A stretch of 64,000 bases of DNA from Perna viridis. Taxonomy: Eukaryota. The stretch lies in NCBI GenBank assembly GCA_037379345.1, contig CM074512.1, positions 34,348,001 to 34,412,000 of the forward strand, in the 5' to 3' direction. The position numbers were made by a program, and so were the translations under genes. Positions 34,701 through 46,700 of this stretch are shown here, in pieces. Below the pieces are notes generated by a model, which worked only from the letters and a program-made list of their open reading frames with translations, was not told the origin of the DNA and searched no databases. The number at the start of each line of letters is the position of its first letter. The stretch's first letter is position 1.

Positions 34701-37700
34701 TTACCATTACCTGATGAATAACTGAAAAACCTGTTCAGGTAATGGTATAAAGAGCAGCTTTATCCCTGAAGTTAACTGTTAACTGTAGAAACTATCAGAG
34801 TGGAAGTTAATGTACGACGCACGACGCCTCGTTGACAGAACAACAACGATCTGGCATAATGACATGCGTTTAAATAGTTGTCATACCTTTCCTTGTATTT
34901 TTTCCTCTCCGTCTATCTTTCTTTCTGTTTCTAGTATTTTTACAATTTGCAGGTTCCTTATTTTTATCTTTCTTGTCTTTCCTGTTTTTTCTATTTTTCT
35001 TTCTTCCTTTCCTTCCTTTTCGTCCTTTCTTCCGGCACCTTTCACAGCATTCTCCTCTCACCTTTCGTTTCTTCCCTTTACAGTTTAGTTTCGGACATTG
35101 CTTTTTCTGGCAGTCGAATACTCCGTTCTGTTTCAGACAAAGAAAACGTGCAATTTTCAATAACCTCTTATTCTCCGGTTAGAACAACAAAAAAAAAACC
35201 AAATTATTTGTGTTTCATTTGACTGCTGGATTTTTCGGCGTTTCATCCCTCACTATAGATATATGCATGCAAATGAAAAGTTCTACCATATCACTCAAAG
35301 GGATAAAGGAAATTAGTTAGACTCCAAATGAGATATACTACAAAGCCATACGCTTCGGGAGATTAGTATGGTTTCGTATTATCTGATTGGTCAACGTTTG
35401 AACTTTAATTTGAGGAAATCTGCGTTTTAAAGAATTAAAATTATTCAAGCAATTTATGAATATGTGCTCTCCTTAAAGTGCATGCGGCTTCAAGCAGAGT
35501 AACTCTTGTTTTCTTTTTAAATTTTTCCCTCATTAAGTCTCCTGACACAAATGTTAATTGTCTTTTGTTCGACTACGTCTTTGTGCAATACTTTTCTCCT
35601 GTCTTGAAACCCATGATTATAACTTTTCATCATGCAACTAATTGGAATATTTTTCTTCATAATAAAAAAAATAACACAGTTAGCTGAAAAAAAAGACAGG
35701 ACCATTTACCTGATTAATGAGCTAACCCGCCCCCTTTTCATTCAAAACCCTAAATATGTCTTACCAAACAACTGCAAGTAACACAAGGCATAGGAGAGCC
35801 GTTCACCACTGGGTGCCACTGCGTGTTGTTTTTGTGTATTCCATCGTGTGCCATGCAATCTGCAAGTAACATTAATACATCCATCATAACATCTATCAAA
35901 ATCTGATAAATATTTATTAATATACCATACATTTATCTTGTTCATAGATATATGATTGATGGATACTGAAAACAGAGTTGTTGTATACACAAACTGTGTA
36001 TTTGATTGAAACTACTTCGAACACTCCCATATAATACTTGCTAATCTTGTAACTAACGTTTAAAACAAGATCTAAAACAAAAAGATTAATACTGTTTCAA
36101 CACAAAGTCTACCTTTAACCGATGACAAATATAATATTTCCTCTTACATACATATGTATTAAAGTTTCGTTAACTGTAATTTTTTTGCTACTTTCTTTTC
36201 TAGTGTAATCCGCAAGTTTCGCTTACCTTTTCCGTCTTCAGATTTTAGTTCAAAACTTTGAACATAACTAGAACATGTGTACAAGAAAAGCGGCATGCAA
36301 AGCAAGCATCTCCCTATCATCCTGGCTATTTCTAACGCACATAAATACTACCAGACATTTTTTTCGTCAAAATTTTGTTACAGTTAAACATATCGAAGAC
36401 CTAGCTTTATGAAGTCACATGACTTAGTATGGCGACAACGAAATGATGAGCGATTACTTCTTAAGTGAATAATTAGCTAAGTACAATAGCAAAAGTGCGT
36501 TTAAACATCTAAATTGCAATATAAACACATTCTTTGGATGTTAAAGAAAAGAAAAATGGATTTCAAAATTTAATAATCGGATCACCGCAAGGGACCATAG
36601 GTCTTTATAGGGTTGGATAAACTGTGCCGACGATTTAATAGTCAGGCGACTATATTATATACGGCGATAAAAGGATGATAACTATGCCCTTGAATAGAAA
36701 GGCTACGTTTTTATAACCGTCTGAAGTAAATAAATGAAAATTTAAATATCATTCGTAAATTCTCATTGTAAGAGTGTCATTTTTGAAATTGACTTCTCTA
36801 AAACTGACTGATTAGACTAGTCGTAGTGACTCTTCCCCCTATGGGTAAGACGACAAATGTGTTAGTTGAAAAAGTCAAAGGGTGTTAATTGAGCAAACTA
36901 AATTTGAGGTTTTCTCAAAGATTTGTAAAGATGTTACAAAATCAGTTTAGTACCTTTTCTATTACAAATCATTTTACTATACACACGACAACATACTAAT
37001 TTGTAGAGAGATACTTTGAGGATAGATAAGCCAAAATCTACACTAGGAAAAAGAAATGATTCAAATAAAAAAAACGATATCTTTCATCTATGTATCTTTT
37101 TGACAATTTAAGCTATATTTCGCCATGCAATATATTTTACATGTACATGAATACAACCACGTTTTGATACGATGAAAATATTTAGTTTTAAAGTGAAGTA
37201 ACTTATTTAGTGCATAAGAAATAATAATTGTTATTCCTTTTGTGAGTAAGATCTTACCAGAAGGTTTCTTTGTAATTTCAGGTCCATCTACAAATGCCAA
37301 TTAATATATTGATTCGCATAAAGGGGGAGAGCCTGTACAGTTATAAATCCGTAGCCTGTTAAGCACTAAATTCGTTCGTGTAAAGCCTTCAATGATCCCA
37401 GATGTATATGATGACTATTTACATCTACTCTGATATAAAAATGAATACTGCGATAAAAAAGGTTATGACCGCTTTCTAAACGGTTTTTGAAACGCAAAAA
37501 TAATTGCATGAATAACCTTAAATAGAGTTAAATCGAGTATGCAACCAATAGTGACCAAACATCCACGAACAGAAAGGTACAACAGAAAAACGAGAAATGA
37601 CATTTTTCAGAACCGTTTCCTCTAAACCATTATTAGAGCTTATTTACCTGCACATTTTGGACAACAGTCATTTTTTTGTGGTATTAACTTTGTACAGCCA

Positions 37701-40700
37701 CTTGGTATATCACAGCTTTTCAGGTGACAAAGAACATTTCCATTCTGTAAATAAATGGAGTTCTACATTACTGAACATGTACATGACAATGATCTGTTAC
37801 AAGTCGTGCTACAGTTAGGTTACATACTACTAATTCAACCAATGAGCTTTTAGAATGAACGCAAAAATAGTCCTACACAAGTTTTAGTGCACTTGTGTAA
37901 TGTTGCTGTGGAAAAAGTGCACATCAAATCTGCACAGGTTAGCTTGTGTTTGGCAGGGAATTATTTTTCCTTTATTTCTAAATAAAATGTTCTCTGTAAC
38001 ATACTGAATTAAATATGTTTTATGAGTTCTGCATGAAGTCCCCTTTTTGTGAAATGTAGGGGAATTCCCATTCTATATTTTTTAGTCATTGTCTTCTAGG
38101 ATCCGGTGTCCCACTGCAAGGTGATAAACCCCGCATGATATTTTAAGGGCTATTAGTGTACACATGCAGCTTTTAGGTAATGTATAGTCTGCTTCATGTT
38201 AAACTAAAGGTAGAAGCTCCATAACTAATTGAAATTAACATTGAAGCCTATGGGAAGTGACATTAGTGTTTTGTAGCCTACAAAGATTAAAGACAGATGT
38301 CACGAAAATATCACGAAGCATAAAGAAACGTAAAAATATTAAATAATAGGTAAAAAAATGCGCGTACAATGCTAGTTGTTGCTTGGTAAGTCATTTTCTG
38401 ATTTGGTAGTTAAAGTATGTAGGAACGGAATTCAAACCTTTTAAGTTGTATGAGTACCGCCTTAGTATGATGTCATTGACACAATAAACGTGCCTTAACT
38501 AACCTTAAAGGAAATCAGGAACATATTGTAATGCTTAAATTGTAATTTTACGCCCTTTTATGTTTCATCAGTATTTCGTTTATCCCTGATCATTCCAATA
38601 TTAACTGTAATTAACGTGATTTATCTTATTATCTTAAAAAGGGTAACCCCCTCCAAAATTATACCGACCCCAACGGTATCAAATACTTACTGTGCATGCG
38701 CAATTCACACACTGGTTTTTTAATGTAGGTATAATTCCCGATGCATTGGATGGAAATACTTCCAAATGTGAATACTTCTTCCCCGCGTATGTACATTCTC
38801 GTCTGCTTTCACTGCCCTTGGTCGTCGTGTCGCTGGTGACTATAGGAGGAATGTTGTCAAAATCTACGTGAAAATAGTCCCATCTCACCTCTTTGTTCAG
38901 TAATTGTTTTGTACATGTATTTCTACGCACAAAATAGTGCAGTTCAAAACGGAGTGTATTGCTACAACTACTGGTGATTTTATATCATTTCCCTGTGTGT
39001 ATTATTTTTTCAAGTACGAGTGCTTCAAATTCAATTGACAAAGTCTGGATTGTTAACCATACTGTAATGCTACAACTTTGCTAAATTCGTTTTTGAACAA
39101 TTACAAGAAAATCGTGATTTTCACACAGTGCCTTGTAAATCGAAGTGAAGTGCATTTTCAAGCGAAATGTGAAAAAAGAAAATTGATCGTGTTAATCTAA
39201 CATTCAAAAGTGCATAATTTTCATGCGAGAAAAATAACTTGTTTCCATAGAAATCATAAATAGAATAGTCATTATTCAACTCATGCCGTTCTACTTTCAC
39301 ATTCTCAATATCTTATTACTACCGTATGTGTTTCTCTATTGAACTTTGACAATTCGTGTGGTTTTAATGCATTTTATTACTATCAAAATCCTTTTTGTAC
39401 CCATTTATTTTAAGATATACTGACCTTTCAAAATTTAACATAAAAAGGTCATTTAACACGAACGTTAAACTGGCCCTTCGTTCATGTAAGCGTTTAAAAC
39501 TGGAAGACATTATAGAAAGCAATTAACTCATTCTTATGATCAACAAAAAATAGTCTACATTTTAATACTTACCTTCACAAACTGCGCAACACATTCGTGA
39601 ATCTAATTTAGGGTTTTTGCACTCCACAGGGGGGCATACAACAGTCCTTTCACACTTCACGCTACCCTAAAACAAAATATTTCATTAACGTTTCGATGTG
39701 CGGTTCTTTTCTTTTTCATTACACATACAACAACAAACATAATAAATAAAGAAACATCCTGATTCTCGTATTTGAACTAAAATAAAATCATTAAAGTATA
39801 ATACTGCCCTAGTTATCAATATTTTTTTATGTTGTAAGGACTTCAAATACTTGTGACATGTTTATAGGCAAATCAAAAGAATTTGCGACCTTCTTTTTCA
39901 ATTGATGCATCAGTCGAAGCGCTGTTCGCCAAAAAGATATTTGAAGCAGCCCACATGCCGCGCTAAAAATCATCTTATATTATGTAGTGAAAGTTGAAAT
40001 CGAAACCAAATGTAAATGTTTTTTTCTTGATTAGTCAGTTTGGGTGGGTGCAATCAATTGATTCTAAGTCGTACGGTGAAGAAATGTTCCTACATTTATT
40101 ATACTTTTTAAGAAATGTTTTGTGTATATAGAGTTCAATTCTGGTCCGAGCAACATCGTATTAATTACAAAGGATATGTCGGTTTCCTAATAGTAATTTT
40201 GTACAAGAAAATTTTAGAAATGTATATCAGTTGAAAAGACATAGGCGAATGTTCGAAAAGAAATGTTTTCAAAGTCACGGTGGTAAAATAGGTCTGCAAA
40301 TGAGATCGGTTCACCGTGCACTACTATTCAAAGTAAAAACCAAGACATACCTTTTTAGTACAATTAATGTAAGTAAAAAACCAGCACCTGACAGTGAAAG
40401 GCACGTATCATTTCATTTTCGGAGTTGGGCTTTTAATGCGAGCCAGATTATTGATTAACACATGTAAACTTGTCTGCTGTTTTGAGCAAAATGTTGGCCA
40501 GAATACGGAATACTCCAAGATGCTGTCCAATTATTTTTGACGAAATTAAGGGCAATATGTTTTCCAAAAACTCCCAGCAAATCCACACAAAGCCTCGAAA
40601 AAATCGAATGGTCCATGCCTAAAAAGAAACCTGAACATACCTTTATACAGGTACACTCGGCACAATTAGCACCAACGGAATTCAGGACGGGGTTCCACTT

Positions 40701-43700
40701 CTCTCCTTCTTCGTACAGCTTATGGTTGAATTTACAAGATGATTCTGAAGTAGCAGGTTAAAACAATTCTAAAGTTAAGTGATGGGATAAAAGGTCGGAA
40801 GAGAACATAGACAAAAAAAGAACAATTGACAAGATATATTTATATATAAACATTACGTCTCAGAATGTGACGACTCTACTCGCTACACTGCTTCATCGGA
40901 CCAAATTGATACAGGGAATACAGAAGGGTCTGAAAAATTGCCAACAATGTTAGAACTGTCAAATTTGCAAAGCAATTTTTAGCGTTCCCTCCACAGGACT
41001 CGAACTCATAACGCTGTGACGTCTATGCTAACACTGCCTGCTCGAAGTCCAGCGCTCTAGGCCACTCGGCCAGCTAGGCTAAATAAAATATAGCTTCTGC
41101 TGGCCGAGTCATTCTTCCTCGTAGGATAAATCCAGCGTTGTTACTTAGGTACAAGCAAGATACGAGTTCTAGTCCCGCGGAGGGAACGACCAAAAATTTA
41201 CCTTCCAAATATGACAGTTCTAATATCGTTGTGAATTTTTCAGACCATTTTATATATATAGTAAGTAGGATATGTAAACAAATACAACGAATACTCAAAT
41301 TAAATACGCAAATTGAACTATTCTAAATCTTGGAGCATATATCCGATTAATAAATTTAAAAAATGGATCAGTGTTATCTAAGTGGTGTATCTTTGCTATC
41401 CATTCGTTCCGATCGTCTATACTCTCAAATGAATAAGCTTGGTCGTTGCTATATATCATATTGCTTCATAACCATAGCTATGACATTTGAGTATTAATTA
41501 CATATCTCGTTTTGATCAAGTTTAGATGCAGGTATTGTCTTCCTTTTTTCTCACACATTTAGACTATAATTCAATAACAATTTGAGTCCTGCAGTTTCGT
41601 ATCTGATCGCCTGCTATCATTAACCGCATAGCGATTTATGGCTATCTGAAATCCGTGTCATATGCATTTTTATCCAAGTTAAATGCAAATTCTAAGTTAC
41701 ATGTCAGAAATGTTGTCCAATATACCTAAATATGTATTGTTGATATGACGGTAGTGTTGTTTGCAATTGTAATTTGCAATCTGATATGCCACCTACAGGA
41801 CGCATTTATTAAAATAAGGTTCTCTCAATCTATAATTTTTTTTTCACTAAATGCTTAATGTGAAAATCCCGACTCATTCCAGAAGCAATGTTCATATCGA
41901 TACATTTAACATGAACAAAGAATATTGCAGAATCTACAAGTTAAAGTTAATGTTTTCTACCCACGTTCTTACATGTATCATAAAACTTTTTATAAAAAAT
42001 GTTTTATCCGCGTTGAGTATGGATTATAGAATAATAGAAAAACAACTAAATTCCAATAAATATTTTGTCTGAAATCTAAAATATCACTCTTTTGATAAAC
42101 TCTAATAGGAATGATCGGTGTGACGTCATAACTACAAAAAATAGCTAATGAAGAGAATATTTTAGTCATAAATGTAAAGGACAAAGACTAATATATATTT
42201 AACAACTAAAACACAACCGACGACGTCTAAAAGCGACTCCTTGGAAGTTACTTTCATAGAGATAGTCAACATTGCAGACCGTACTTGTTAATGGTTATAA
42301 AACTTTAGAGACGACTTACATGCTTGTACTATTAACTTCAGAGACAATAGACCAATAATGTTTAAAACATTTTAACAAAACACGTTCCAGGGGCGGATGC
42401 AGAAATTTTTAAAAGTTTAATACATCCATAAGGGTGATTCAATGCTGTCATTTTGGCACTAACTTTCACAAAATAATCAATATGTTCTAATAAAATGAGG
42501 GGGGGGGTCCAACCCCGGACAATCTTTGATTCACCATGTACACAATGGGCTCAAGTATTTTGGCCAAAATTCGGTGCATTTTCCAAAAAGTCAACTAAGC
42601 GTACAACTGGTGCACCCTTTCCGACTTACTCACTCAGTATGTGATCTGGCACGGATCCAAGGGCGTATGTCCCCTTAAATTGGAAAATCAAGTTTTTTGC
42701 ATGAGCTCGGACTCCACTAAATACTGGGAGCATGGATCAGGTGCACCGATAGGTTAAGCGTCCTCTGATTTTCTAGAAACACCTGCCGAGTTGCTCATAA
42801 AAAGTCGAGTCAAAGTCAAAGTGTAAAAGTGTAATTTCTCTTTTTTTTCCTTCTTATAATGGCGTTTCTAAATAAGGGTCTGATATCAGATTTCCTGAAA
42901 AACATTTTTACGTAACGATACATAAATTAATTATAGCTGTTAATATAACCAAATTCCAAAAACAAAAATTGAAACTGCAAGCTAATTCTTAACGAGACCA
43001 CGAGAGGGAAATATAAGCAAATACAAATCAAAACAAAAATATAATTAAGTTATGGTACTGACTTGGTATTGACCGATGAAACAAGGCTTATAGTGCGCTT
43101 AATCTTCCGCTCTCATAGTGCTTGAAATGTTTTTTCTTGATGTGTACTTGTTTTGTATCCGCGCGAAGTTATAACTATTTTGATTTGTAAACAACAGTGC
43201 ACTTTTTAAAAGGAAAGTTTCGCAAGTTTTTATTCCTATTTAAAGTGTAGTAAAACAACTGATTGTTTTCATTACAGAATGCGGTAGATTTTATGAATAT
43301 TACATTTCAATACTTAAAAGGCGTGATAGTGTATTGTCATTTGATACAGCCTGAGCTAACATGGACTAATGAATTCTTTTTTTCTATTGTCGCCATTTTT
43401 GATGTCTATACGATAAGCAAAAATCAAAAGTGAAATGATATTTATGATAAAGACCATTCGATTATTTATTATTAATAATAAAATATTTAGCTTTCATAAT
43501 ACGCCCTCGTAAATCGAGATTCCGTCTATAGATAATAGATTTCTATTGTTTTCCGATATTACAATCGCTCAAATAATCAATGGACGAAAAGACGAAACGG
43601 CTTTAATGAAATTCTTTCGCTACTTGGGCTTTGATCAATTTATCAGGATGAAAGGTTGTAAGAGGTACATAATTGTCATTTGTTTAACATGACAAGAGGA

Positions 43701-46700
43701 TTTTGTTTTACACGTTTGTAGACAAATAGGGGATAGTCGGTCGTAATACCGTCTTACGCAGACGACAAGTTGCACGCGACTCCAGGGGGATGAAAGCAGG
43801 TGAGAAGATTAGCCTGTTAGCTGGTCACACGGACTAGCCAATGGCGATATGAAAGCCCTTACATCGGTGATAACATCAAAATTGCCGTCCGTAATCGACG
43901 TCAAACATCGTTATAAACATATTTAACATAGGATATTTAAGTAAAATCAAATGTTTGGCTTGAACATCAGAACAAATAAAATCTCAATATCCGTTCAGTT
44001 TTCTGGCGACATGCACTCCTTACGTGCATGAAAAAGCATGTTTTTCAATTTGTTACTCAGCAGGTGAATCATTACCAAATTTAAAATGCATTTCGTTGTA
44101 TTGTTTTTCACTGCATGTTCATCCTTATTTAAAACCTGTAATGTGTGATTCGACCCTACAATCTAGACTGTGAAATGGTCAATACCCCCCTTAAATCACT
44201 CAATTTATTAGTTAGTTGTACAATAAATTATTATTGTCTTATTTCAGAACGGTTAATTTGGCAATTTATATACAGATTTCTTCTGTAAATAACACTTTTC
44301 TATCTGATAAAATTTTAAAACCTCAAAGAAATTCATTTAAATTTGATCATTTGTGGTTTACTAAGAGTGAACGGTCGTTAAATATAAGGAAAGAAGAGAC
44401 AGTGGATTTTAATGATAGAGCCCTTGCGTTTTATAAGTGTTGTCATCTCAACTCCGCCTCTCCTTTTGTGGCAGAGATATAATATGTCAGATAATTATCG
44501 CCTGTTTCCGCAAACACGCGTATACTGAATTGCACCACTACAATGAACTCCGATCAAAAGAAAGACAGACTGCGTGGGTATTTTGTAAATCTTTAATTAA
44601 TACTGAAATTAATATAAAAATGGACATGATACCAGTGGGTTTGTTGAACTAAAACCAGGGGACTTTGATAAACGAGGAGACGGTCTCCTGAAGCGTTCGA
44701 CTCTTATACATGGAGGCGCCCAGATCAATTTCCGAACCTGGACAACAATGAAATGTTCAAAAATTGCCTTTTACTTTGTAAACAGCCAGTAATTAGGAAA
44801 GGTAATTAGAATCTTCACAAGAGACAACCTATTAAGGTAATTGCACAGAATGTTTCTTTCCGTGAATTGTTATTTTGTGACTTTGCAGACGACATGATTT
44901 TGCACAATCATGATGGTGCCACGAACCGGACCCACTGCGATAACGACAAACGATGTTGTGGTTTGCCTTACTCGATTAAAGTATTATTTTTTATTGATAC
45001 GAAATGTCTTGTCCAATTTGAGACACTTTAAAAAAAGTGTTTTGGTCATTAATTTAATTGTCAAGTGGCGTCAAATAAAAGGTAGCGGTCGAACCTTATT
45101 AAAATGATATTTTGATATTTAAAGTGATTTTATAAACTGAATAACAACAACGGTTTCGTTGTGGTTTAACTTTAAATATTTAAAATGCCACGTTAAAAAC
45201 ATTTTTTATAATATTTTCGAGTGTACGTAAAAAATCTGTGCTTTTCTTGAAATAACAGAAAAAAGGATATATAACTGGTTTCTTGCCTGTAAACAAAAGC
45301 GAAGCTTATGCAGGTGCATAATTAACCAATTAACCGCATGAAATCTTGCTAAGTGGACACTTGTCCACTTGTCCACTTAGCAACATGCAAAAAGGCATTC
45401 GAAAAGTACAGACGGTCCACATTTCAAATCCCTGTATTATATGGATTCCAGTAGCGCGGTCCAAAGGTAAGGACGTCATAGTGCCATTGTAAGGACCCTA
45501 AATACCTATTTCTGCTGATGTTGTCACATAAGAACGGTCCACAGAGTCACTCGTAGTTGATTGACTCTATCGGTGAACGATAACACATTCTAGACCACGG
45601 TTTCTGGTCCAGAATTCTTAGGCTTTATTGATAAAACTCAATCTACTACCGATTTTTATCATTTATCTTAATATGCCAATAATTACCTATTAAAGATAAA
45701 TAAAAGTTCATCAAAATGATATAAGTGTCGACACATGTGACTTATTGCTATCCGGTCAGTCAAAGTATCAGATTATTTGAATACGATGTCATCTCGTAAC
45801 GTTACTGTACTTATAACCAGAAAGGCGGTTATCTACTTACAAAAGGAATCATGCCATATCCGAATATGATGGATATCAGTGGTGCCGTAGGGATATAAGT
45901 GATGAGATATTGTGTCGTAGAGTTAGCTAGACATATTTTAGGGGTGTTCAGAGGGCAATTATTTGGACAAAATTTCTCGACTTTAACACTGCTTAACACA
46001 TTTCAAGCTCATTTTTAATGGTTTTAACATTCTTTTGCTTACTAAAGAGTTAGTTTGGGGTGGGTCTAAGGACGTCGTACCCCATACCATCCTGGCTACG
46101 GCCATGACACCAATCAAAAATATGAGCCTCGCTTCGCAAAGTGAAGATTTACTTAAGACGTCTTTTTAAAATAGGATATTGGTATCATCATGTCAATGAG
46201 ATACTTTTCGAGGTTACACAATTATTCAGAACAATAAATTTTATGTTTTGTTCACACGAACATCTAATGTAAATTCAATGCGAATCAAACACGGCATGTT
46301 CAAAATCGCGAGCCATTCAGACCTACTAAAGACTACAATGCGAATTATCCAATTTAACACATTGCCAATTCGTTCAGTAATGATATGTTTTTGATAGTTT
46401 GCAAAATATGCATTAGAATCCACATTCTACAGCCGTAAACTCAGCCAAGTCCGAATCAAAATGTTAAATCAAACGTATAGTTTGTAAACACTCTGTGATT
46501 TCTATAATTTGTATCTAAATGCGAATATAATATATATTGTTGAATGCGAATCGAATGCGTATTATGTTTGAACTATGCATTATTGTAAATTAGACACTTT
46601 GAACTTAATCAGCAACATCCGACGTAAAGAAACGTCACTAAGCATATACATTTTTCTTCCCCTTTTGATAAAGGATTGGTTTCTAAGGAAATATCGTCTA

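Noticed and set aside
34711-34720. Isolated CTGATGA motifs here, at ~47516, and on - at ~29453, 38565 and 58404
   Set aside because: No stem II-GAAA-stem III arrangement follows, so they are not hammerheads.
34810-35222. Three Phe/Ser/Leu-rich hydrophobic ORFs on +
   Set aside because: Antisense of the K/R-rich chordin-like exon; not membrane proteins.
40983-41074. Possible genuine tRNA gene on -
   Set aside because: A and B boxes are present, but there is no proper acceptor stem or cloverleaf and it is paired with a diverged inverted twin; treated as a repeat.
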